Shown piece after piece: positions 1-12,281 of a stretch of DNA of 64,000 nt. The position numbers and the translations under genes were made by a program. The notes beneath the pieces are model-generated. The model had not been told where the DNA came from, searched no databases, and was given only the letters and a program-made list of their open reading frames with translations. Each line of letters begins with the position of its first letter. Within the stretch, counting starts at the first letter, position 1. Origin of the DNA: Octopus sinensis (lineage: Eukaryota); contig NC_043022.1 in NCBI RefSeq assembly GCF_006345805.1, forward strand, positions 11,284,001-11,348,000. Reading direction: 5' to 3'.

Positions 1-1442
1 TTCAATTCTAAATTCAGTACTGTATTATCCTTAGTCCCTTGATAATTTTGTAGTCCAGTATCTTAAGTTATTCTGTTTTTCTTGTACTGAAACCAAAATT
101 TTATGTTTGCTGTGACATTATTATGTTTTATGATATTAAAAACTGAAGAGATACCAATATTATGTATTTGTAATTATTTGATGATTTCCCAGCAAGTGAC
201 TGTTGAATAAAATCAGTAATTTCTATTTGTTAACTTAAAAACAATCCAGATAAAAATCAGCTACTATAACAATTTTATACTATGCTTCTAAAAAGAGACC
301 AATATATTTTTGGCACTTGAGACATTAATTAATTAATATTTCACAGAAATTAAGAAAGCAGAAAAGTAGATACAAAATATTTTCTATTTTGACAACTTAA
401 TGAGAATATTGTCCCACCCATCTACTTTGCACTTCAAATATTGTATATGTTGGAAACATTGATTAATTAAAACTAAATAGTTTCAAAATGTTTGACAAGT
501 CAAAAGCATCAAAGGATGAATAGAAAAACAACAACAAAAGTACTGGGCAAAAGTTCAGGCTAAGTACTTTGTATTATATCAGTTTTCCTTCAAAAGTAGA
601 ACACATATTATAGCAAAGTGAACAATTTTCTCTATTCTTTCAAAAGTCACTAAAAAAATTTAGAAGAAAATAAAAACAAAGGAATGTACTATTGTCCATT
701 TCTTAGCCAGAATCATCTTACAAGTCACCAAAAGAAAACCTTTTAAAAAAGCAGTAACAGTAAATTGTGTATTATTATTATTTCTTAGGTTTGATGTAAG
801 ATTTCTTTATTTCTTCCAATTTGGGCTAAATATAATGGCTATTGTTGCCCCCTAAGTAGAAGTTAGATTTGACCTACTTCAATTACAGAGAACAATGCAA
901 AGCAAATAGACAGAGGTATCAAGCTGGGGGACTTAGTATAAGTGGAAACCCTGTCTATATATGTATGATACCTGATTGTTTTGTGTGTATATTCAGTGTA
1001 TGGTGAAAGTCTGATATTTGGCTAAGTGTGGGTGGGCACGTGAAAGTATATATGTATTTATGCATGATTATAAATATATGTGTATGGTTGGAAGACAGAG
1101 GAAATATTAGTTACTTTGATTTAACCTAGGTTCCTCTCATTATCAAATATGGCTTATCTTCTATGTTAGAAGTGTTTTAAAGTTTCTCTCTAGTTTGATA
1201 TATTTTCTTAACTATCAGCAGTATCCCTTAATGTCATAACTATTACTTTCTTCCAAGTGCTGCTTAGAGATATCTGTATCCTACATTGCTTCAGATACAT
1301 GAAAGATGGGGAATATATAGGGTTAAGGAAATATTTGAGTAGTGCAGGTACTTGCTGTAAATTATACTCTACAATATGTATTGAGCACTTTGCTCTCATA
1401 TTGGAAACAAGAAACAGATATACATGTTTGTATGTGTATGTA

Positions 1443-1850
1443 TTCTTTTACTTGTTTCAGTCATTTGACTGTGGCCATGCTGGAGCATTACCTTTAGTCA
1501 AACAAATTGGCCCTAGGACATTCTTTGTAAGCCTAATACTTATTCTATCAGTCTCTTTTGCTGAACTGCTAAGCTGTGAGGATGTAAACACACCAACATC
1601 AGTCGTCAAGCAATGGTGTGGAGGAAAAACACAGACATACAAACACACAACACACATATATATATATATTGTATATATATATATATACGGGCTTCTTTCA
1701 GTTTCCATCCACCAAATCAACTCACAAGGCTTTGGTTGGCCCAAGGCTATAATAGGAGACACTTGCCCAAGGTGCCACACAGCAGACCAAACCCAGATCC
1801 ATGCGGTTGGGAATCAAGCCTCCCACTATTATAGCCACGCCTGTGCCTAT
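1443..1850 (-). mobile_element. tRNA-derived SINE with CORE-like body and internal (TA)n/(CA)n microsatellite
   Basis: Minus strand reads ATAGGCACAGGCGTGGCT...GGCACCTTGGGCAAGTGTCTCCTATTATAGCC...GGAAACTGAAAGAAGCCCG, then a microsatellite, then ...CAGCATGGCCACAGTCAAATGACTGAAACAAGTAAAAGAA. The same blocks recur at 6470-6655, 20848-20912, 26487-26688 and 57820-58065. Confidence 0.75.
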
Positions 1851-1879
1851 GTATGTATGTTATGCATGCATGCATGCCT

Positions 1880-2060
1880 CAGGAATGGCTATGTTAAGAC
1901 GTTCACTTCCCAACAGCATGGCTTCAGGCACCATCCCACCGTGAGGGCTTTGGGCAAGTATCTTCTATAAGTAAGCAAAGTCTGCCTTGTGAGTGAATTT
2001 GGTAGACAGAAATAGAAAGAAGCCCTTTGTGTGGGAGTGAATGAGTGTGTATGTGTGTAC
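1880..2060 (+). mobile_element. Decayed 5' half of the same SINE family, inverted relative to 1443-1850
   Basis: TTTGGGCAAGTATCTTCTATA...GCCTTGTGAGTGAATTTGGTAGACAGAAATAGAAAGAAGCCC matches the body of the neighbouring copy. Confidence 0.55.
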
Positions 2061-3296
2061 ACTTGCACTTTTCCAATCTTGCTGAGTTACAAGCAATGAT
2101 GTCATCTCTGTTGTCAACAAATTCCCCGTTGGTTTTGCATCTTTGAAAATGTGGAATAAGAGAGCTCTTGAAAAAAAAAAAAGAATAAACAACATAAAGG
2201 GCATCAAACTGTAAAACAATGCTTCAATAATATTTTCATGTAACCTGTGCTTGCCTGGACATAAAAATAAATGGAAGTAAAAAAATACAGTACAACAGAA
2301 AAATCATAGCAAGAACAAAATAGGCTGATTCAGTATTAGTATACTGCTTGAAAGGAGAATGTAGAGTCTTGACATTCAGAACATACATTTCTTATACAGA
2401 AAAGAGAGAGATAGAGAGTCTTGTGTGTGCATTTTCACTATATAAAATGTACACATATATTTCGGTTTTTTCAATGTGTGTTTCAATATTAAAAATTTTT
2501 CCAAGCTGGTACAATAAGCTCATATTTTAAACTTGAGACTTGCAACCAAATATCTGTATGTATCATTAGGATATGTATCGTATTGAAACACTGAATGCAA
2601 AAAAAAAAAAAGAAATTCCAAATACTGACCATTTGCAAAAAAATCTTTCATATGTTTCAACACCCACTAAATAATCCCTAACAGGATGGTCATGGCTAGA
2701 ACACATTTTATCCTCAGTATGCTTAATTGGGGTTCACCTGGGGCTATACACCACAGCACACAAGCATCACTATGATATAGGATGTTCACACAAACATCAC
2801 ACAAAATAAACCTCTGTTTGTCTGTACCAGCTCTTACTCTCTCCTCCTTGGTCTGTTTCTCTCTTCAATGGGTCATTCTGTCAATCTCTTTATTGTCCTT
2901 TCTCCCTCCACTTATTTAATACTTCTCTTGTTGTCAAGTATGTTGCATGTGCTCTCTCTTTCTCTCTCTCTCTCACACACACACACAGAAAATAATTAAT
3001 CATCATATTAAAATTGAATGTCACAGCTGATTATGCTATTTTGCCAAATCTATTCATGGCTAATAGATTTACGAATAAATACTCAAAAGACACATGTTTA
3101 GAATTCTGAGTGAGCTAATGAGATTGCAAAAGTATGGTAACAGTTTATCAATGTGATTTCATTAATGAAGTTTTGTGGTTGTTACATTTCTTAATGTAAT
3201 CTCATTGTTATTGAAAATGCTGTAAACTGTTTTAGGGTTTTTATCTTGCACAGGATATTACCATAAGCTGGTCTCTTCAATATTAGTTCGTTTTTA

Positions 3297-3870
3297 GCAC
3301 CATTCGAGTGTGGTTGTTACCAGCATCACCTTACTGGCACTTGAGCCCCATGCTAGTAGGGTGCTAAGAGCACCATCTGAGTGTGATTGTTGCCAGAGCA
3401 GCTAACTGGCCTCCGTGCCGGTGACACGTAAAAGGCACCATTCGAGTGTGATTGTTACCAGCATCACCTTACTGGCACTTGAGCCCCGTGCTAGTAGGGT
3501 GCTAAGAGCACCATCCGAGTGTGATTGTTGCCAGAGCAGCTAACTGGCCTCCGTGCTGGTGACACATAAAAGGCACCATTCGAGTGTGATTGTTACCAGC
3601 ATCACCTTACTGGCACCTGTGCTGGTGGCATGTGTAAAAAGATTTGAGTGAATTCGTTGCCAGTACCACCTGACTGGCCCCCACTGGTGCACAGAAAAGC
3701 ACCTGCTACACTCTCAGAGTGGTTGGCGTTAGGAAGGGCAGCCAGCTGTAGAAACTCTGCCAGATCAAGATTGAACCCTGGTACAACCATCTGGTTTGCC
3801 AGCCCTCAGTCAAATCACCCAACCCATGCTAGCATGGAAAGTGGACGTTAAACGATGATGATGATGATGA
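3297..3870 (+). mobile_element. RTE-LINE 3'UTR-type element (5'-truncated LINE or SINE) with internal 138-bp tandem repeat and (TGA)n tail
   Basis: A unit beginning GCACCATTCGAGTGTG starts at 3297, 3435 and 3573. It is followed by GAGTGGTTGGCGTTAGGAAGGGCAGCCAGCTGTAGAAAC...AACCCATGCTAGCATGGAAAGTGGACGTTAAACGATGATGATG, homologous to the RTE 3' end at 10940-11127. Confidence 0.8.
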
Positions 3871-6398
3871 ATGTACATACATTTTATATATATAGTGTTT
3901 TTTTTCTAGTGGAACAGATAGCAAATATGATATTGAACTGGAACCACTTCAACCAGAAATCATAACTAAGGGCTCACTTCTTGTTTGACAATATTTTATT
4001 AATTACTGAAAATATTTACTATAAAATAGTGTAAAGTGTTTGAATAGTCAGATATGTTCAAATAGTTTAAACCATTGTATTGTAACCTGATTCAAAATGA
4101 ACTTCATTTTACTGACAAAGACCTGTAATAAAAGATATTGTGCACTTTCCCTCCAATAAAGAATTCACTTATACAAAAAGCATTGTATTTAATCAAGGTA
4201 AATAGGCTAGAATAGACAGAATGTTCTTTACAAGTAGACTAAAGAAGTGTGAGGAAGGAAATAATTATAAAATAGTCAAGACTTGTTGCATTCGTTGCCA
4301 ATGTAATCTTATACATAAAATGTTTAAGACAATGTAACCAAAAATAATTTCTCAAAATATAACTTGATATGTTGAAGGAAATAATTAAAGCCTTACAATT
4401 GGAAAGGTTGAGAACTCTTGCAGATTTGGTATCTGAACATTTCTATTATTAATAGATGATAATTTCCGCTGGTACTTCTTTGAGAATATACTAATTAGAT
4501 GTAGAACCAAACCCACTAAGAAATTAAAAACTGATTGCCAGTGGCTCACATTTATGAAATTCTTAGAATCATTAACAGTAAGAAATTTCATAAATTCACT
4601 CATTTCTAGTTTACTTTCCATTTTAGAGTGGTTGAAATGGAAGTAAAGCAAGTAAGAAAAGTACAAAGTGTTAATTTGTTGTGGATGCTGCAGCAGTTTA
4701 GTTAACTTCTACCAGTCTAACACATTCCCTCTGAACTAGCTTCCCTATTTTCAGACAGATATGGTCTGAGTTCACAGAAATTGTGACTTGGATTAAGCAA
4801 CAATTTCATATTGAACACTTTCTGAACATCATAAATTTCATGTGCCCAAATTTGTTTTGAGCTTATGGTGCATATTTTGTTATAATTCAACTTTAAACCT
4901 GCTAGTTGTTTATATTTACTTTGTGTTAAGAACTTCGGCCTATCATGGAATACATCCTATACATACTCACTTTTTAAACCAACACTTGATGAAGGCTAGA
5001 CTGAATTACTAGAATTCATGTATAGATCTAACAGTTATTCGGAGATTTTTACACCTATTTCTTTAGACTGAAGCTCACTTCCATCCAAGCTGAAATTGAT
5101 TAATATCATTTTTACTGTAGATAGTAAAAGTAAAAACAAACATACCACAAATGGGTTTCATTAAAGTGATGCCCAATTACGCAACAATGGAATATGTAAT
5201 TTCAATATAGGTTAAGTCATTTGGTAGTGTCTGTTGAATGAATGTACAGAACATTCAGACTCTGGCTAACTCAAAGTTTAATTGTATAAGACCTCACAGT
5301 TCAAGTTTCTGCTCTCAAGTATTTAAGTATTGCCATATATTAATCATATATAAACAAAATAATAAGTGGTATATAAAAAGATTTCACAAGTGTAAGCACT
5401 AACTTCAAATCTACTGGAGGTATTTTATTTTGTTGTTTGGGAAAACATGCTAATTCTAGAATACACTTAATTGTAGAAAAAAACAAACAAAATATTGAAT
5501 CATTAGTATCTTTCCAGTAATAAATGTGTCTTCCTTTAGAGAAAATGTATTCATCTGCTTAGAAACCATTATATAGACCTGAGTACTACATTTTGGAACT
5601 ACTCAAGATATTGTCATATTTTTACATGAGTAAATTTAGATAGCTATGGATAATAAAGCATCAAGGTTATTGCAGGAAAAAAAAACATAAAATACATAGT
5701 GCATAGAATTTAGAATGTTTCTAAAACATTTTAAAATGTTTCAGGCATTTCCTCTAAATTATATACATCAGAAACCTCTGAAGAAACAAACAGTAAAAAA
5801 AAAATACTAGATTGAAAAATATAAGAATGAAAATAATAATAAATTGTCAGGAATATTTTTAATTTTGAAATTAGAGATATCAGTAGCTATCTAATTATAA
5901 TAGGTATCAATATAATAAAGAATAGATAAGAGTCCTCAAACTCTTCGTGCAACAAATCTTTAAAATCCTTTTTTGAGCTATTACTAATAATAAAGAATAA
6001 GCACTAATGATAGGCACAAGCAATTAAAAGAGAAGGGAAATCAAAATTGCCTTTATTTTGTCATACCAAAGTACCATCTGTCATAAGGTAGTTTTTTTTT
6101 AAAGAGATAAGCTCATTTTCTAGACAAAAAGATTGCTGTCAAACTCCCTGAATTTTGTTTTATATCTTTCCAATATGCATGGTGAATTAGTGCTCAGTTC
6201 AATTTGATTAGTGCATTGGTGGTGGGGAGGCAGAGTTGAAGAATAGAATAAAACAGAGTGTGTGTGTGTGAGTGTTCTGATAGACACACTGTAGGAGGTG
6301 GAATTCTTTTAAAGTCATTTCCAAAGCATATTTAGGAAGTGGAATTTTACTAAGTTGTTTCAAAAGCATAGGAAATGACTAGCATATTTCTCTCTTTC

Positions 6399-6436
<38 letters not shown>

Positions 6437-6469
6437 AAAAAATAAGTCAATTCTCCCTATGATCACAGC

Positions 6470-6655
6470 TTACTGAACTGTGGCCATGCTGGGGCACTGC
6501 CTTGAAAGGGACAGTTGAACAAATTGACACCAGTACTTATTTTTAAGCAGGCTACTTATTCTATTGGTCTCTTTTGCTGAACTGCTAATTTATAGGGTCA
6601 TAAACAGGCAGTTCTGTTGTCGTCAGGCAATGGTGGTGAGCCAACACATACACAA
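6470..6655 (-). mobile_element. Decayed SINE 3' fragment (family of 1443-1850)
   Basis: TGGCCATGCTGGGGCACTGCC...TACTTATTCTATTGGTCTCTTTTGCTGAACTGCTAA aligns with 1470-1575. Confidence 0.55.
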
Positions 6656-7143
6656 AGTTGTTTTAATCAATTACATTCTCCATACATGACTGGACTTTAG
6701 CCAAAGTGAGAAATTATTCAAGAAGAAATTATCCATTACTACTTCAAACAGTTTCATTTTTACAATTATTTGTGTTGTTCTAAATTTATTACCTTCAAAT
6801 TTCAATGATAAATTTCCATCTCCTACTTTTCAAAACATTTCTTTCTTCAGTTAGTTGCATTAAATACATATTAACTGTTATGGCTGAAAAATCTTTGTGT
6901 ATTGAAATGTGAGTAAAATTTTAAGTAAAAAAAAGTTGTCTGAAATAATAAATTTATACAGAATTACTATAATTTATATCCATCTAATTAGGCATCAAAG
7001 GTACTTGTATTTTACTTTAAAAAACTTTTAAATAGTTCATTTTAACAAGTTATTTTTCAGCATTTGTTGATTTCATATATTTTCAAAGTTATATGAATAC
7101 ATTTAAAAGCTAGTAGCCTGTAAAACTTGTACTCTGCTGCTAA

Positions 7144-7660
7144 TCTATATATATAAAACTGTAGTTGTGTGAGTGTCTGTCTCCTACGATTTAGATTCCT
7201 AACTACTCCCACATTTTGCGGTGCAGTTTAACCAAATTCCGGTATCTTATAGTCATGATTAATATCGAGCCCGTCTGGCTATTAGCGCGCGTCTACGATG
7301 AGTCTACGATTTTAAAAATAATTTAACATCATTTTTTATTCCATTTTAATGCATAATTTTTCGTGTGTCAATGGCGGCGGAGTTGGCGTCCACGCTCAAA
7401 CACCTGCACCTGTGTTTGCTTCTCCCCCTTCTTCCCTCCCTCGTGAAGCTGTGGGGAAGGGAGTTTAAGGAAATCAATGTCGTAATGCGTTGTCAAGGAG
7501 ACCAGCGTTCTTTTAGAACAACGACTTCATGGCTTGAAGACACCAAAACAGAAATGGCTAAGAAAGCCCGAATTGGCATCTATAAAGGAAGTAACTCTCT
7601 AAAAATGCTTATATAGTTATTTCCCTTACAAACCCGAGCAACGCCGGGCGATACTGCTAG
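7144..7660 (+). mobile_element. Non-autonomous Helitron (517 bp)
   Basis: Starts TC (7144-7145) after an A and ends CTAG (7657-7660) before a T. Subterminal GC hairpin CCCGAGCAACGCCGGG at 7633-7648, 8 nt upstream of CTAG. No TSD; CpG-rich relative to the flanks. Confidence 0.75.
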
Positions 7661-7722
7661 TAATATATATATATATATCATAAATCTCTGAGTAAGATAT
7701 AAACAGTAGCTGCATGACATCA

Positions 7723-7996
7723 TGAAGTATATTTGCCACTTAAATGTGGTGAACCCTTAAGGGTTGATGCTACTGTAGCTTGTAGCCCCAGGAAGACATC
7801 TCCTCCAGCTGGCTATTGACACACTATCTGTGCCCTATCAGTATTTGCAAAGGGAGGTTATCCTTCCCATCTCCAGCCTGACAGGGCACTGATAGTTTGT
7901 CAATAGCCAGCTGGAGGAGATGTCTTCCTGGATCTACAAGCTACAGTAGCATCAACCCATAAGGGTTCACCACATTTAAGTGGCAAATATACTTCA
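7723..7996. repeat. Long inverted repeat / foldback (MITE-like), about 114-bp arms and 46-bp spacer
   Basis: 7723-7836 (TGAAGTATATTTGCCACTTAAATGTGGTGAACCC...TGTGCCCT) is the near-perfect reverse complement of 7883-7996 (AGGGCAC...GGGTTCACCACATTTAAGTGGCAAATATACTTCA). Confidence 0.9.
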
Positions 7997-8159
7997 CAAT
8001 ATATAGATATATAAATATATATATGAGAGATAAGCTAAGATTAAATTACTTATAGCTGATGAAATATGAGCCACAAGTGATTTAAACTTAGATATTTCAC
8101 TTCACATTAAGATATAGAGTAATCAAAAATAAGATATCCCACAACAAATATTTCCTTAC

Positions 8160-10559
8160 TACATCCTTGCCAGAAAAAGGGAAAGATGGCTGCTTATAAA
8201 TGCCAAAACCTTCCCAGGCGAAGAATGTACCCCACAACATAGACTGGTAGTTAGTGACTTTAGGATCAGGACTAAGAGGACGACTAGAAGACGACCAACA
8301 TGGAGAAGAAGGGTCTGGAAGCTTAAAGACCCTGCAAATGGACAGAGATTTAGAGAGATGTTACTTGAAGCCTTTGACGAAATAGAAGGGGGTATAGCTA
8401 CACATGGGGTAGAAGACAACTGGACGCTTCTAAGGGACAACCTGCCGAAAGCCACTGACCAGATCTGTGGCTGGTGCAAAGTCCCCTCAAGACCCAAAAT
8501 AACGTGGTGGTGGAACAATATTGTTGACAGGGCTATTAGACAAAAGAAACAGGCTTGGAAGGACTGGAAGAATGGTGGTAGCAGGGAAGTGTATCAGACT
8601 GCTAGAAGGGAAGCTAGGAGGCAGGTGTATTTAGCCAGAGGGGAAGCAGATAAGAAAAAATTTGCCAATGTCCTGCGCCAGGAGGATGAAAGACTTGAGG
8701 TATTTCGTGTTGCAAGACAGTGTGTGAGAGAGAATCGTGACGTAGTAGGAGAGAAATGTGTTCGCGAGGATGACGGTTCACTTGCGCTAAATGAGGATGC
8801 AAAGAGAGAGGTTTGGAGATGCCACTATGAAAGGTTGCTGAATGAGGAAAATGAATGGGATAAAGAGAGTCTGCCGAATGTTGACCCAACAGAGGGACCA
8901 GCAATCCGAGTTAACAGTTCTTTAGTAGTTAAGGCAATTACAGGCATGAAAACAGGGAAAGCCCCAGGCCCATCAGGTATTACTGCAGAGATGCTCAAAA
9001 TATCTGGTAGTGTCGGCTATAGCCTAGTCACCCGTATAGTTAACCAGGTGATACACGAAGGAGTCATACCCAATGACTGGTGTAGCAGCATAATAGTCAG
9101 CTGCAGGTAAAGGTGACGCCCTAGATACAAATAACTACAGAGGTATCAAGCTGCTGGATCAGGTAATGAAGGTTACGGAGAGGGTTATAGCCCAACTAAT
9201 TAGAGAGAGAATTAGCTTAGATGAGATGCAGTTTGGGTTCGTGTCAGGGAGAAGTACTACTGATGCTATATTCCTGGTAAGACAGCTGCAGGAGAAATAC
9301 CTAGCCAAAGATAAGCCCCTGTACCTGGCTTTTGTTGACATGGAGAAAGCCTTTGACAGGGTTCCCCGATCCCTTATCTGGTGGTCAATGAGGAAACTAG
9401 GGATAGATGAATGGTTAGTTAGAGCTGTGCGAGCCATGTACAGAGACGCTGCTAGTAAGGTGAGGGTTGGCAACGAGTACAGTGAAGAATTCCGGGTAGA
9501 GGTTGGGGTCCACCAAGGTTCAGTCCTCAGTCCCCTCCTATTTATCATAGTCTTCCAGGCAATAACGGAGGAATTCAAGACAGGATGCCTCTGGGAGCTC
9601 CTTATGCTGATGACCTTGCTCTAATTGCTGAGTCACTATCAGAACTGGAGGAGAAGTTTCAGGTGTGGAAGCAAGGTCTAGAATCGAAGGGCCTCAGAAT
9701 CAATCTAGCCAAAACCAAAGTCCTAATAAGTAGGAAAGTAGACAATTCACAAACGCCTTCAGGTAGATGGCCCTGCTCGATCTGTAGAAAAGGTGTAGGT
9801 AGAAACTCTATAAGGTGCACCAAGTGCAAGCTATGGACACATAAGAGGTGTAGCAATGTCAAAGGAAGGCTAACTAGGAAAATAGTTTTTGTCTGTGGCA
9901 GATGCTCAGGAGCAATAAACACTGAAAATGTGCAGAGACCCACGTCTACCATGTTCCAGGGAGAAAAACTAGAAGTAGTTGATAGCTTCCGCTACCTAGG
10001 TGACCAAGTCAGTAGTGGGGGTGGGTGTGCTGAAAGTGTAACTGCTAGAGTAAGAATAGCCTGGACAAAGTTTAGAGAGCTCTTACCCCTGCTGGTGACA
10101 AAAGGCCTCTCGCTCAGAGTAAAAGGCAGACTGTATGATGCATGTGTACGTACAGCCATGCTACATGGTAGTGAAACATGGGCTGTGACTGCTGAGGATA
10201 TGCGTAAGCACACAAGAAATGAAGCCAGTATGCTCCGTTGGATGTGTAATGTCAGTGTTCATAATCGACAGAGTGTAAGTACCTTGAGAGAAAAGTTGAA
10301 CCTAAGAAGCATCAGTTGTGGTGTGCAAGAGAGACGTCTGCGCTGGTATGGGCATGTGATGAGAATGGGTGAAGATAGTTGTGTGCAAAAGTGCCACACT
10401 CTAGCAGTTGAGGGAACCTGTGGAAGAGGTAGACCCAGGAAAACCTGGGACGAGGTAGTGAAGCACGACCTTTGAACTTTAGGTCTCACCAAGGAAATGA
10501 CTAGAGACCGAGACCTATGGAAGTTTGCTGTGCGTGAGAAGACCTGGCAAGACCAGTGA
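8160..10559 (+). pseudogene. Disrupted RTE ORF (partial endonuclease, reverse transcriptase, PHD-like finger)
   Basis: Split into ORFs 8358-9110, 9166-9624 and 9585-10475 by frameshifts near 9105 and 9600. After the in-frame TGA at 10473-10475 the frame continues (TLGLTKEMTRDRDLWKFAVREK) to a stop at 10557-10559. Confidence 0.85.
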
Positions 10560-10611
10560 GAACAGTCAAAATGAAACCAAATCAACATCAGTGGAAATTG
10601 CAGATGTTTGT

Positions 10612-10935
10612 CCGTTGCCAGCCTCGCCTGGCCCCCGTGCCGTTGGCACGTAAAAGCGCCATCCGCTCGTGTCCGTTGCCAGCCTCACCTGGCCCCCGTG
10701 CCGTTGGCACAAAAGCACCATCCGCTCGTGTCCGTTGCCAGCTTCGCCTGGCCCCCGTGCCGGTAGCACGTAAAAGCACCATCCGTTCGTGTCCGTTGCC
10801 AGCCTCGCCTGGCCCCCGTGCCGGTAGCACGTAAAAGCACCATCCGTTCGTGTCCGTTGCCAGCCTCAACTGGCCCCCGTGCCGGTAGCACGTAAAAGCA
10901 CCATCCGTTCGTGGCCGTTTGCCAGCTCTGTCTGG
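10612..10935 (+). repeat. Tandem array of about 61-bp GC-rich units in the RTE 3'UTR (5 full units plus 1 diverged)
   Basis: CCGTTGCCAGCCTCGCCTGGCCCCCGTGCCGGTAGCACGTAAAAGCACCATCCGTTCGTGT-like units start at 10612, 10673, 10732, 10793, 10854 and 10915. Confidence 0.92.
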
Positions 10936-11180
10936 CACCTGTGCAGGTGGCACGTAAAAAGCACCCACTACACTCGCGGAGTGGTTGGCGTTAGGAAGGG
11001 CATCCAGCCGTAGAAACACTGCCAAATCTGACTGGGCCTGATGAAGCCTTCCGGCTTCACAGACCCCAGTTAAACCATTCAACCCATGCTAGCATGGAAA
11101 ACGGATGCTAAATGATGATGATGATGAATTATGCATAAAATACAGTATATTCATGTGATGAATACACACACATACACACA

Positions 11181-12036
11181 CAGAGGTTCCAATGGGTAAA
11201 TTATCTCCATTTTATATTTTTAATTTTACACATGTGCATGGTTTGTTTTTGACTTTGTCGACTACACAGTATAGTAGGGTCAGTTGGGCACTGTTTGAAA
11301 AAAACAGCACCACTCTGCCAGAAATTTGAAAATGACATGCTGTACTGCTTGGCATTTGTGCCAAAAGCTTGAATACAAATATTTCAGTGTTTGGGTGTCA
11401 ATCTGAAGACAGTGCAATTTGAGGACATGTACCAAAAGTAATAAAAATCAAACAGCCAGTCAACATCAAGATGTTTGGAGTGATCACTGGTGATCCAGTC
11501 ATCTTCCCACATGATCTCAGACACAACACGGAGGCTGACATCAAGTGCCTGGAGGAGGTAGTGCTGCCCTGGGTCAAGAGAGTGGCTGTTGGAGGATCCT
11601 ATGTCTGCCAACAGGACTCTGCACCATGCCACACAAGCAGGAGAACCCAGTCATGGCTATCAGGCAATTTTTGTGACCACATCACCCTTAACATCTGGCC
11701 ACCTAACTCGCCAGACTGCAACCTCTTTGATTATTATGTGTGGGGCACAGTTGAGCAAGAGACCAACAAAACTGCTTGTAACTCCAAAGATGAACTAAAG
11801 GCAAGGATTATGGCAGCATTCACCAACTTAAGGAGACCGACCAAAAGATTTGCAGGAGATTTTGAAGTTGTCTAGAGGCCATAGCTGAAACCAATGGCAA
11901 TTTTATTGAATAAATTTACTCTTTAGTATTTCAAGATATTTTTATGTAATTTTCGTAAATACCTCTTAAAATGAGATGTCAGTGTTATTTTTATTTTTAC
12001 GTAATTTAGATGACAGCTTATTCACTGCACCCTCTG
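11181..12036 (+). mobile_element. Internally deleted maT-like (DD37D) Tc1/mariner transposon
   Basis: ORF 11471-11875 contains QQDSAPCH...WPPNSPDCNLFDYYVWG with 37 residues between the last two catalytic Asp. Degenerate TIRs start CAGAGG at 11181 and end CCTCTG at 12036. Confidence 0.75.
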
Positions 12037-12087
12037 TGTGTGTATGTATGTGTATGTATATATATATATATTATATATATATATATA

Positions 12088-12088
12088 T

Positions 12089-12171
<83 letters not shown>
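12088..12171. repeat. (GATA)n/(ATCT)n microsatellite at the 3' end of Tx1 copy A
   Basis: Seen directly; preceded by (TA)n at about 12057-12090. Confidence 0.95.
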
Positions 12172-12243
12172 TGTTTCTTTATTAGCCACACAGGGCTGCA
12201 CACAGATAGAACAAATTACAAGGTAGAGCTTTTCTTTTGAAGG

Positions 12244-12281
<38 letters not shown>

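Larger units (their letters stand above)
8158..11127 (+). mobile_element. RTE-clade LINE, 5'-truncated within the endonuclease, with 3'UTR and (TGA)n tail
   Basis: Begins in APE C-terminal motifs (YILARK...QHRLVVSDF). RT motifs present: KAPGPSG, YRGIKLL, LAFVDMEKAFDRV, GVHQGSVLSPLLF, YADD, FRYLG. RTE C-terminus RLRWYGHVMR...RGRPRKTW. The 3'UTR ends ATGATGATGATGATGA. Confidence 0.92.

Noticed and set aside
1257-1970. 237-aa plus-strand ORF
   Set aside because: It runs through two SINE copies and microsatellites and has no protein-like motifs.
4385-4666. 93-aa minus-strand ORF with a hydrophobic stretch and a donor-like GTAAGG near 4396
   Set aside because: No recognisable domain, no convincing acceptor and no partner exon; unsupported without transcript data.
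4985-5010. CTTGATGAAGGCTAGACTGAATT as a hammerhead relic
   Set aside because: The core is imperfect and stems I and III cannot be formed; not distinguishable from chance.
10612-10935. CRISPR-like look of the GC-rich palindromic repeat arrays (also 3297-3640)
   Set aside because: Units are contiguous with no unique spacers, lie in a LINE 3'UTR, and there are no cas genes; the DNA is eukaryotic.
11038-11062. CTGATGA followed by a hairpin as a hammerhead ribozyme
   Set aside because: No GAAA after the hairpin, and homologous copies lack CTGATGA.
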